Positions 1 to 8,799 of a DNA stretch of 64,000 nucleotides are shown in pieces. Origin of the DNA: Bacteroidia bacterium. GTDB taxonomy: Bacteria; Bacteroidota; Bacteroidia; J057; JANWXU01. A program made the translations under genes and the position numbers. The stretch lies in NCBI GenBank assembly GCA_025057395.1, contig JANWXU010000006.1:592-64591 (forward strand). The letters run 5' to 3'. The notes below the pieces were generated by a model. It was not told the origin of the DNA, searched no databases, and saw only the letters and a program-made list of their open reading frames with translations. The stretch's first letter is position 1, and each line of letters begins with the position of its first letter.

Positions 1-578
1 CCTGTACCCCCATGGTCTCTTACTGTGGCACTACAGGTAGTAAGATTAGTAGTTCCTGTATATGGAACTACATTACCAGAACCACCTCCTCCTGGGCAAC
101 TTACTTGGCGAAACACAACCGTATTACCACAAGCCGCAGTTGCACAGTTATATTGGTGAAGGTAAACTCTTATCGTACCTGTAAGAGTAGCAGTCCAAAC
201 AATACGAGACCTTAAACCACAGCTACCTCCTGCATCGTCATTAAATGCTAAAAAAGCATTAGTGGCATCCGTTCTTAGAGTAAGCTGCGTATCATTAATG
301 CATCCAGAAGCTCCATCGGATGTACACGTAGAAAACTCATAGGTACATCCACTTGTGACATTTACCCGGAAATATTCTCCGCCCCAAAGACCAGATTGAG
401 AAAGCCAAACTCCATTGGTAGTAGGAGTATGGATAGGCCCCCACACAGAACCTGTTGAACAGCCTTGAGCAACTACATTACTGCTTTTATAAATGCTAAA
501 CCCAAAGAATAAAAGCAATAGGAGCCCCTTGGAATAAATATTAAAAAATTTGTATGATAGAAAGTATAACTTATTCAT
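1..578 (-). CDS. 5' part of a secreted Cys-rich protein (signal peptide, PPC-like domain, start of a CUB-like domain); runs off the left edge
   Basis: Not in ORF track. Manual translation from ATG at 578 is open to base 1: MNKLYFLSYKFFNIYSKGLLLLLFFGFSIYKSSNVVAQ GCSTG...YEFSTC...DTQLTLR...FLAFNDDDAGGSCGLRSRIVWTAT...TTCSATVRDHGGTG. A -7 box lies upstream. Confidence 0.85.
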   Translation of the reverse strand, partial: MNKLYFLSYKFFNIYSKGLLLLLFFGFSIYKSSNVVAQGCSTGSVWGPIHTPTTNGVWLSQSGLWGGEYFRVNVTSGCTYEFSTCTSDGASGCINDTQLTLRTDATNAFLAFNDDAGGSCGLRSRIVWTATLTGTIRVYLHQYNCATAACGNTVVFRQVSCPGGGGSGNVVPYTGTTNLTTCSATVRDHGGT

Positions 579-622
579 AGGTTAATCCAACTTTTTAAAT
601 AGATACACTTATGCTATAACTA

Positions 623-630
623 CAAATATA
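623..630 (-). promoter_or_regulatory. Bacteroidota -7 promoter box (TATATTTG)
   Basis: Matches TAnnTTTG about 45 nt upstream of the ATG at 578. Confidence 0.5.
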
Positions 631-859
631 ATGAAACTGTAAAGAATAATAAAATTTTAAACTAACATTTTTTCAAAATAAAGCATTTTTGATTAAAAGA
701 AACTAATAAGAAGTTTAGATTTATTGTACCTCTAATACGAAAAATCAATTAACTCATAAATCAAATAAGTAAAGATATCAAAATCACCCAAACTGAATTT
801 TTTTCTTTTTTTGATACGTTTATATTTTATATTTTTTGGAGTTATAATTATATTCTTTT

Positions 860-1042
860 ATGCTTTGGAAGTACCTAAAAAGAAAAAATAGTAGTTCAGA
901 AGAGCCGATTGAACCACCACCACTCTCTAAATCATCAAAGTTCAATATTCTTTTGATGAAAAGAACTAACCGGCTGGCTATCTTTATGTTCGTGGCAGGC
1001 ATTTTATTCAAAATTATTCAACATGTTTTTTTTAAAAAATAA
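860..1042 (+). CDS. Small single-TM membrane protein, DUF6728-like
   Basis: 60 aa; 'KFNILLMKRTNRLAIFMFVAGILF' resembles the small Bacteroidota 'NFNLRMMHGINKISI.MF' family; followed by a terminator hairpin. Confidence 0.6.
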   Translation: MLWKYLKRKNSSSEEPIEPPPLSKSSKFNILLMKRTNRLAIFMFVAGILFKIIQHVFFKK

Positions 1043-1066
1043 AAAGGGGTATTCTTTTACCCCTTT
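1043..1066. terminator. Probable bidirectional intrinsic terminator
   Basis: AAAGGGGTA-ttcttt-TACCCCTTT hairpin between convergent small ORF and clpB. Confidence 0.7.
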
Positions 1067-1093
1067 CTCAACGCAATTAAATTTTTGTTATCA

Positions 1094-3709
1094 TTAGCTT
1101 TGAGCAGCAAGAACTTGATTAGAAAAAACAAATTGATTCCTTTCATCCACAGAAACATGAATAGCATTATTGGCAATAATATTGCCAGCAAGAATTTCCT
1201 TGGAAAGCTCATTCACAATTTTTCTTTGTAAGACCCTTTTAAGAGGACGCGCCCCAAACTGAGGATCAAAGCCTAGCTGCGCTAACCAGTCAATTGCTTC
1301 TTCACTAAATGTAATAGTAATATTTTGCTGCTTTAAAAGTTGCGAGAGATTGTTTAGCTGAATTTTTACAATTTCTTTTACCTCCTCTCGTGTTAGAGGA
1401 GTAAACATAATAATGTCGTCGATACGATTTAAAAACTCAGGACGTAAAGTCTTCTTAAGTAAATCAAAAACTTGAATCTTTACGCGATTAATGATTTCCC
1501 ATCGGTTAAACTCAGTAATATTCTCAAATTCCTGCTGAATTAAATGAGCTCCAAGATTGGAAGTCATGATAATAATGGTGTTTCTGAAATTTGCTGTCCT
1601 TCCTTTGTTATCCGTGAGACGGCCATCATCGAGTACTTGGAGCAAAATATTAAATACATCAGGATGTGCTTTTTCAATTTCATCCAGTAACACAACGGAA
1701 TAGGGCTTTCTACGAATTGCTTCAGTAAGTTGTCCACCCTCATCGTAGCCTACATAACCAGGAGGAGCCCCAATTAGTCTGCTAACAGAATGCTTCTCCT
1801 GATACTCCGACATATCGATGCGTACCATTGCATTTTCGTCATTAAAAAGATAATCGGCAAGAGATTTTGCCAGCTCCGTTTTACCTACACCTGTAGGACC
1901 AATAAAGATAAAAGAACCTATAGGCTTTCGAGGGTCATGTAATCCGGCACGACTTCTACGAATAGCATTGCTAATAGATTCAATAGCTTCCTCTTGGCCT
2001 ACTACCCTTTTATGTAATTCTTCCTCCATTTTAAGAAGTTTAGTACGCTCGCTCTCTAGCATTTTATTGACAGGTATACCTGTCCAGCGGCTTACAATTT
2101 CTGCAATTTGCTCGGCATCTACTTCTTGACGTAATAAACGTTTTTCCCCTGCCTGGTTAAGTTTTTCTAATAATTGAGAGATCTTTTTTTCCTCCTCAAT
2201 AATTCTTCCATAACGGATTTCGGCTGCCTTTCCCCAGTCTGCATTCATTTCAGCCTTTTGAGCTTCAATCTTAAGTGCTTCGATATTTTCTTGAGCAGTT
2301 CGAATTTGCTGTATAAGCGTTTTTTCTTCCTCCCATTTTGCCCTTAAATGGTTCCTTTCTGCCATTAAATTAGCAATTTGCTCACTTAAAGGACGCAGTG
2401 CCTCTTCCCCCTTTTCGCGTTTCAGAGCCTCGCGCTCTATTTCTAGCTTACGAATTTTTCTTTCTATTTCATCTATTTCTTCGGGCAAAGAATCAATTTC
2501 AATTTTAAGTTTTGCTGCAGCCTCGTCCATCAAATCAATAGCCTTATCAGGAAGGAACCTATCAGAAATATAACGATGAGATAATTCTACAGCAGCAACA
2601 ATAGCAGCGTCTGTAATTTTCACTCCGTGATGTACTTCATACTTTTCTTTGAGTCCCCGTAAAATAGAAATAGCATCCTCTACATCTGGCTCGTCAACAA
2701 AAACAGGTTGGAACCTTCTTTCTAATGCCTTATCTTTCTCTATATACTTTTGATATTCAGCAAGGGTAGTAGCCCCAATTGCACGAAGCTCCCCTCTTGC
2801 AAGAGCTGGCTTCATAATATTAGCCGCATCCATAGCTCCATCTGCTCTACCTGCCCCCACCAAAGTATGAATTTCATCAATAAACATAATAATTTCCCCT
2901 TGGGAATTGGCAACTTCTTTAACCACAGCCTTAAGCCTTTCCTCAAAATCACCGCGATATTTAGCACCTGCAAGCAAAGCCCCCATATCTAAAGAGACAA
3001 TGCGCTTATTTTTCAGATTTTCGGGCACATCACCCTGTACAATTCTGTGGGCAATTCCTTCGGCAATAGCTGTTTTTCCTACTCCGGGCTCACCAATCAG
3101 AATAGGATTATTTTTACTTCGCCTTGAGAGTATTTGCATTACTCGCCGAATTTCTTCGTCTCTTCCAATAACAGGGTCAAGTTTATTCTCTCTTGCCAAC
3201 TCAGTGAGGTCTATGCTAAAGCGCTTAAGAGCATTGTACCTGGTCTCTGCTCCACGATCTGTAACTTTGTCTCCACCTCTTAATTCTTTAATAACCTTAA
3301 GTAAATCCTTTTCCTGCAGTCCCTGGTCTTTAAGCAGTTGTGCTGCCTTATCATTTGATTTAAGCAGAGCAAGCAACAAATGCTCTAGAGTAATAAATTC
3401 ATCTTGCATAGAGCCGGCAATTTTATTTGCCTGCTCTAATACCTGATAACTATCATTACTCAGATATTGGCCCCCTGTAGCCCCATACACTTTGGGATAA
3501 GAACTTATTAACTCTTCCAGTTTTTGCGATAGGTAAGTAATGTTAACATTTGCTTTCTTGAGTAAGAAAGGAATTATGGATTCATCAGTTAAAAGAAGTG
3601 CCTTCAGCAGATGCGCTGGCTCTATAGCTTGCTGATTATACGACTTTGCAATTTCAGCAGCCTCCTGAACCGCTTCTTGTGCTTTTATGGTATAATTATT
3701 AAAGTTCAT
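1094..3709 (-). CDS. clpB: ATP-dependent chaperone ClpB
   Basis: Clp N-domain, two AAA+ modules (GEPGVGKT; GPTGVGKT), long coiled-coil middle domain, [19 protein letters not shown]. Confidence 0.97.
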   Translation of the reverse strand: MNFNNYTIKAQEAVQEAAEIAKSYNQQAIEPAHLLKALLLTDESIIPFLLKKANVNITYLSQKLEELISSYPKVYGATGGQYLSNDSYQVLEQANKIAGSMQDEFITLEHLLLALLKSNDKAAQLLKDQGLQEKDLLKVIKELRGGDKVTDRGAETRYNALKRFSIDLTELARENKLDPVIGRDEEIRRVMQILSRRSKNNPILIGEPGVGKTAIAEGIAHRIVQGDVPENLKNKRIVSLDMGALLAGAKYRGDFEERLKAVVKEVANSQGEIIMFIDEIHTLVGAGRADGAMDAANIMKPALARGELRAIGATTLAEYQKYIEKDKALERRFQPVFVDEPDVEDAISILRGLKEKYEVHHGVKITDAAIVAAVELSHRYISDRFLPDKAIDLMDEAAAKLKIEIDSLPEEIDEIERKIRKLEIEREALKREKGEEALRPLSEQIANLMAERNHLRAKWEEEKTLIQQIRTAQENIEALKIEAQKAEMNADWGKAAEIRYGRIIEEEKKISQLLEKLNQAGEKRLLRQEVDAEQIAEIVSRWTGIPVNKMLESERTKLLKMEEELHKRVVGQEEAIESISNAIRRSRAGLHDPRKPIGSFIFIGPTGVGKTELAKSLADYLFNDENAMVRIDMSEYQEKHSVSRLIGAPPGYVGYDEGGQLTEAIRRKPYSVVLLDEIEKAHPDVFNILLQVLDDGRLTDNKGRTANFRNTIIIMTSNLGAHLIQQEFENITEFNRWEIINRVKIQVFDLLKKTLRPEFLNRIDDIIMFTPLTREEVKEIVKIQLNNLSQLLKQQNITITFSEEAIDWLAQLGFDPQFGARPLKRVLQRKIVNELSKEILAGNIIANNAIHVSVDERNQFVFSNQVLAAQS

Positions 3710-3880
3710 GCAACTTGTTATTTGTTGTTTAGTCTAGTACAAAGAATATGCAAATACTATAACTGCCATTGTGTCAGTATTTATTGGACAATAAACTGCA
3801 TAAACACCTTAAATAGAAAAAATAAGTGGATTTTTTTGCATATTGCACCCTAAAAAAGCCCAAGAAATACTAAAATTAAA

Positions 3881-4846
3881 ATGGTCAATAACGCCAATGA
3901 TACTTCGTTATGGAATGAGCTAAAAATACTTTGGTTATATCGATATTGGATTTTAAGCCTAAGCAGCGTAGTAGTGTTGGGCACTCTTGTTTATACCCTT
4001 CCTTTCGTAACCCCTCCTGAATATTTGGCTGTAAGTTCATTTATCCCACCTAGCTTGGAAGACATTAAGTCTTTAAATTTTTTAAAAATCAAATTCAATG
4101 GCTTTGGTGCAGCCAAAGATGAGGACTTAGAAAGGTACGCTGCTGCTCTACAATCTGATAGCGCCTTTTATTGGATAGAAAAAAAGTTTAATCTTACTAA
4201 GTATTACGGATTAGAAGATATTTCGGACCCTAGTAAGAGAGAAAAAAAACTTAGAGAAAAATATAACGAACAAATTAAAATTAAAGTTACTGCCCTTTCT
4301 ACCGTAGAAATTCAAGTATATGATACAGACCCCCAACATGGAGCTGCTATAGCGAATGCTTTTCTAGATTACGCAGATAATTTTACCGAAAAAATAGCCA
4401 GAAGAAAAGAAGGAATAGCACTACTTGAAAAAAGCCTGGCAGAAATACAAAATATTAGAAAGCAACTTCAAGATACATTAGGATACTACAGAAGTCGCTA
4501 CAAAATTTACCATTTCGATGATTTAAGTGAAGTAGTCTCGGCCCGTATTCTTACAGAAGGATTTAACCAAAGAGAATTTCATCAGTACTACGATAAAGTG
4601 CAAGCCATAGAACATCAATTACGCTACCTAGAAGAGCATATTGCCGATATGTTTAACGAACTAGTTTTTCGAAAAGAAAATTTACAAACCTACCCTAGCT
4701 TAATTAGTATTGTTAGTTATGGCATTCCTTCTAAAGTGAGGGTGCGCCCCCAAAGACTGATTTATCTAAGTTTATCCACTATCTTTAGCTTGTTTTTATT
4801 TAGCATAGGTGCCATCTATTACCATAAATACAAGCATAAAAATTGA
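3881..4846 (+). CDS. Wzz/GumC-like polysaccharide chain-length determinant family protein
   Basis: N- and C-terminal TM helices, central coiled coil, 'VYDTDPQHGAAIANAF', proline-rich 'PSKVRVRPQR' before the last TM. Confidence 0.75.
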   Translation: MVNNANDTSLWNELKILWLYRYWILSLSSVVVLGTLVYTLPFVTPPEYLAVSSFIPPSLEDIKSLNFLKIKFNGFGAAKDEDLERYAAALQSDSAFYWIEKKFNLTKYYGLEDISDPSKREKKLREKYNEQIKIKVTALSTVEIQVYDTDPQHGAAIANAFLDYADNFTEKIARRKEGIALLEKSLAEIQNIRKQLQDTLGYYRSRYKIYHFDDLSEVVSARILTEGFNQREFHQYYDKVQAIEHQLRYLEEHIADMFNELVFRKENLQTYPSLISIVSYGIPSKVRVRPQRLIYLSLSTIFSLFLFSIGAIYYHKYKHKN

Positions 4847-4912
4847 CTTTTGTAAAAAATAAAAAATAGGTTTTGCTTAAATAACTTAAATAACTTAGAT
4901 AAAATAATAAAA

Positions 4913-5749
4913 ATGGAAAACCAAATTTGCTTAATTACAGGTTGTAATACGGGAATTGGTAAAGTAACTGCCATTGAATTAGCCAAAAGGGGGGCTACTA
5001 TTATTATGGCCTGCCGCAACCAAGTAAAAGCTGAAAGGGCAAAAGTAGAGATTATTGCCCAGAGTCAAAACCCCAGAATAGACCTCTTCTTAGTAGACTT
5101 ATCTCTACAAAGCTCCATTCGAAAATTTGCCGAAGCTGTGCACAAAAAATATAACAAAATAGATATCCTTATCAATAATGCTGGTGCAATTTATTACCAC
5201 CGCTACGTTACCCCCGAAAAAATTGAGCTAACCTTTGCTGTTAACCACCTAGCTTATTTTTTGGTAACCCACTTGCTTTTAGACCTTATAAAAGCTGCGC
5301 CCCAAGGAAGAATTATTAATGTCGCTTCGAGAGCCCACCAAGGATATACTATCGACTTTAATGACTTAATGGGCGAAAAAAACTATTCTCCTTTCAAAGC
5401 CTATGGACAGTCGAAGCTAGCTAATATTATGTTTACTTACAAGCTCGCAGAATATCTACAGGGAACAAAAGTTACTGCTAACTGCTTACATCCAGGACTT
5501 GTAAATACAGAATTTGCTCGTGATATGCCTTTCTGGTTTCGAATGATTTTTACTTATTTAGGCTTAACGCCTGAAAAAGGAGCCGAAACTACAATTTACT
5601 TGGCTACTGAACCCTCTCTTGCTGGCGTTACGGGAAAATATTTTTACAAAAAAAAGGAAGCTAAAACCTCGTATATTTCCTATGACAAAAATATACAACA
5701 ACAACTTTGGGATATAAGTCTAAAACTTGTGGGTATACATCAATTTTGA
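4913..5749 (+). CDS. Short-chain dehydrogenase/reductase (retinol dehydrogenase-like)
   Basis: TGCNTGIG, NNAG, YGQSK catalytic motif, LHPGLVNT. Confidence 0.93.
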   Translation: MENQICLITGCNTGIGKVTAIELAKRGATIIMACRNQVKAERAKVEIIAQSQNPRIDLFLVDLSLQSSIRKFAEAVHKKYNKIDILINNAGAIYYHRYVTPEKIELTFAVNHLAYFLVTHLLLDLIKAAPQGRIINVASRAHQGYTIDFNDLMGEKNYSPFKAYGQSKLANIMFTYKLAEYLQGTKVTANCLHPGLVNTEFARDMPFWFRMIFTYLGLTPEKGAETTIYLATEPSLAGVTGKYFYKKKEAKTSYISYDKNIQQQLWDISLKLVGIHQF

Positions 5750-5776
5750 GTTTTAGGGATATTCCTCTAAAACTTA
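5747..5776 (+). terminator. Hairpin at the end of the SDR gene, possible terminator
   Basis: AGTTTTAG-GGA-tat-TCC-t-CTAAAACT stem overlapping the stop codon. Confidence 0.45.
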
Positions 5777-5877
5777 GGCTGCCTAACACTTAAACTTAGA
5801 ATTTCATCGTTAAATTTATGATTGGCAGTATTACTTGCCTAGGGCCCTTATTTTTCAAAAAGAGTGTAAAATTTTTA

Positions 5878-5885
5878 TAAATTTG
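5878..5885 (+). promoter_or_regulatory. Bacteroidota -7 promoter box (TAAATTTG) for the decarboxylase cluster
   Basis: TAnnTTTG about 60 nt upstream of ATG 5948. Confidence 0.45.
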
Positions 5886-5947
5886 AATAAACATAAACCT
5901 GCTTTAATTTTTTTCTTATAATTGCTAGAATATAAAAATGAACTACA

Positions 5948-8770
5948 ATGCAAAACGTGAGTACTGCTAGTTCTTCTTATCTGGTAAGCCATTATAACGC
6001 TTCTCAACTAAGAACAGATACCTGGAACCGCTTAAAGCACAAGGCGCTTCTTCTAAATGAAATCTATAAAAATGCTCAAAAGAAAAAAAATTTACTCCTA
6101 GAAGTTATTACTAAAGTCAAAGAGTATCTAAATATCCTAGAGCAAGTTGAAAATTATTTTGCTTTTCCAGGAAAAGAAAGATTTAGTGATATTAAAAAAC
6201 TTTTTGAAAGAGAAGATTATCGCCTTTTTGCTCATCGGGTAGTAAAAATCGTAAATATTCTGTTTAGTGAAGGATACAGACAAGTACCCGCCTGGCAAAT
6301 ACGTCTTGATGATGATTCTCTAGCTGCCTCCTTTTCAGTAGGACAACACTCTACAGCGGCAATTAATAGGCACTATTTTGAAGTGCTCTATGTCGCTAAC
6401 TTCACGCTGGAAGAAGAAAAAGACATAAGAGCACGCCTTCTAGCTATGCAACAAGAAATTACAGACTTTTTTTATGATATTGTCTTTGTGCCTAGCTTCG
6501 AAGACGCCCTTATCGCCATTAATTTTAACTACAATATCCAAAGCTGTGTAATTCACTATGGCTTTAATCTTAAATCTTCGATGCCCTTAGGACAATTACG
6601 AGATTATTTTAATATAGAAGAAGAAGAAGAATGGATAAATGATAAATTTTCAATGGAATATAGTTCACGTTTAGGAAAAGTTTTGCATCGTTTTCGTCCG
6701 GAACTAGATCTTTACCTGATTACAGAAGCCCTAGTCGAAGATTTTGCCACTTTCGATACTCATCAAAGTTTTCGAAGAGTTTTTTATGGCAAAGAAAATT
6801 TTTTAGAGCTTCATTTAAGCATCTTACGTGGTATCGATGAGCGCTATGAAACACCATTTTTTAACGCCCTCAAAGCTTATAGCCAGCGCCCCACAGGAGT
6901 ATTTCATGCTATGCCTATCTCAAGAGGAAATTCAGTATTTCGCTCTCATTGGATACAAGATATGGGGCATTTTTACGGCACTAATATATTTTTAGCAGAA
7001 ACTTCTGCTACAACTGGTGGTTTAGATTCACTATTGCAACCTACAGGACCGCTAAAAAAAGCACAAGAAAGAGCTGCATATGCTTTTGGTGCTCAATATA
7101 CATTTTTTGTTACTAACGGTACTTCTACTGCTAATAAAATTGTAGTACAGGCCCTAGTACAACCGGGTGACATAGTTCTAATAGACCGTGACTGCCATAA
7201 ATCTCACCACTACGGTTTAGTACTTAGCGGCGCATATCCCATTTACTTGGACTCTTATCCTGTACAGCAATATTGTTTATATGGTGCTGTGCCTCTAACA
7301 GAAATAAAAAGAAAATTACTTACGCTCAAAAGAGAAGGGCTATTAGATAAAGTAAAAGTCCTTTTGCTTACCAATTCTACATTTGATGGTATTGTTTACC
7401 ACGTGGAAAAAGTAATGCTAGAGGTACTGGCTATCAAACCTGATATGGTATTTCTATGGGATGAAGCATGGTGGGGCTTTGCTCGCTTTGTGCCTACTTA
7501 CCGCCAAAGGACAGCTATGCACGCCGCTAGTACTATTCTCGAAAAGCTTCAAAGTAGTGAATATCGTGCTAATTATTTGTTATATAAACAAAAATTGGAG
7601 GAACTAGAATCACAACCAGGATGGAATAAAGAAGAATGGATGATCAATAATCCTTTATTACCAGATCCTGATAAAGTTCGAATACGCGTCTATGCTACCC
7701 AATCTACCCACAAAACCCTTACCTCTTTGCGCCAAGGGGCTATGATTCATATTTATGATCAAGATTTTAAACTTAAAGTAGAAGATGCTTTCCACGAAGC
7801 TTATATGACCCACACCTCTACTTCTCCTAACTATCAAATTTTGGCTTCCTTAGATATTGCTCGAAGGCAAGTAGAACTTGAAGGCTATGAAATGGTACAA
7901 AAATGTATTGAAAACGCCATGAGCATCCGCGAAAAGCTTAAGCTCCACCCTACCATTCGCCAAATGTTTACTCTATTGGGCCCCAAAGATATGATTCCTG
8001 AAATTTACCGTCCTTCTAAAATTGAATATTATTACGACCCAGAATTAGGATGGGGAAAAATGTATGAAGCATGGAAACAAGACGAATTCGTACTAGATCC
8101 TACCCACATCACCCTATTCACTGGCAAAGCAGGTATTGACGGTAATCTGTTTAAGAACGAATATTTAATGAATCGCTACAGCGTACAAGTAAATAAAACT
8201 TCTATCAACTCTGTACTATTCATGACTAACATTGGCACTTCTCGAAGTGCTGTAGCTTTTCTCATTAGTGTACTAAGTAAAATTGCACGCTCCCTAGTAA
8301 TTGAACAAAGCCAGTTCTCCAGGGAAGAGCAAGCTGTACATCAAAAAAGAGTAGAGCAACTAACCCACAACCTTCCTCCCTTACCAGATTTTAGTAGCTT
8401 TCATCCCGCCTTCCGTCCATATGAAAATATTAGTGCCGGCGATATACGCAAGGCTTATTTCCTAGCCTTTCAGGAAGATAATTGCGAGTATATTCCTATA
8501 ACAGAAGCATTATATGCTGTTGAAAATGAGCAAACACTTGTTTCAGCTTACTTCGTAATTCCGTATCCCCCGGGCTTTCCTATACTAGTACCAGGTCAAG
8601 TTATAACTTACGAAATTCTATCTTTTTTAAAAGCTCTAGATGTTAAAGAAATTCATGGTTATAAGCCTGAAATAGGACTAAAAATTTTCAAAGAAAAAGT
8701 TCTTGCTGAATATATTTCTAGTGAAAAAGTTACTAATGGACAAGCCAATAGGCACATAACCCTGGGGTAG
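5948..8770 (+). CDS. Large fold-type-I PLP-dependent amino-acid decarboxylase (Orn/Lys/Arg decarboxylase family, Rv2531c-like)
   Basis: GGLDSLLQP, FFVTNGTSTANKIV, DRDCHKSHH, TFDG, DEAW, PLP lysine in QSTHKT, HTSTSPNYQILASLD, C-terminal IPYPPGFPILVPG; about 300-aa N-terminal extension. Confidence 0.92.
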   Translation: MQNVSTASSSYLVSHYNASQLRTDTWNRLKHKALLLNEIYKNAQKKKNLLLEVITKVKEYLNILEQVENYFAFPGKERFSDIKKLFEREDYRLFAHRVVKIVNILFSEGYRQVPAWQIRLDDDSLAASFSVGQHSTAAINRHYFEVLYVANFTLEEEKDIRARLLAMQQEITDFFYDIVFVPSFEDALIAINFNYNIQSCVIHYGFNLKSSMPLGQLRDYFNIEEEEEWINDKFSMEYSSRLGKVLHRFRPELDLYLITEALVEDFATFDTHQSFRRVFYGKENFLELHLSILRGIDERYETPFFNALKAYSQRPTGVFHAMPISRGNSVFRSHWIQDMGHFYGTNIFLAETSATTGGLDSLLQPTGPLKKAQERAAYAFGAQYTFFVTNGTSTANKIVVQALVQPGDIVLIDRDCHKSHHYGLVLSGAYPIYLDSYPVQQYCLYGAVPLTEIKRKLLTLKREGLLDKVKVLLLTNSTFDGIVYHVEKVMLEVLAIKPDMVFLWDEAWWGFARFVPTYRQRTAMHAASTILEKLQSSEYRANYLLYKQKLEELESQPGWNKEEWMINNPLLPDPDKVRIRVYATQSTHKTLTSLRQGAMIHIYDQDFKLKVEDAFHEAYMTHTSTSPNYQILASLDIARRQVELEGYEMVQKCIENAMSIREKLKLHPTIRQMFTLLGPKDMIPEIYRPSKIEYYYDPELGWGKMYEAWKQDEFVLDPTHITLFTGKAGIDGNLFKNEYLMNRYSVQVNKTSINSVLFMTNIGTSRSAVAFLISVLSKIARSLVIEQSQFSREEQAVHQKRVEQLTHNLPPLPDFSSFHPAFRPYENISAGDIRKAYFLAFQEDNCEYIPITEALYAVENEQTLVSAYFVIPYPPGFPILVPGQVITYEILSFLKALDVKEIHGYKPEIGLKIFKEKVLAEYISSEKVTNGQANRHITLG

Positions 8771-8799
8771 TAGGGTAGAAAAAAAATAAAAAAATAATA

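Noticed and set aside
820-1011. Minus-strand 63-aa ORF
   Set aside because: Antisense to the better-supported small membrane protein 860..1042
3881-4846. Polysaccharide biosynthesis locus
   Set aside because: The Wzz-like gene is isolated; no glycosyltransferase, flippase or polymerase is adjacent
5823-5838. TGGCAGTATTACTTGC as a sigma-54 promoter for the decarboxylase cluster
   Set aside because: GG-to-GC spacing is 11 nt rather than the strict 10; could be a weak palindrome but unsupported
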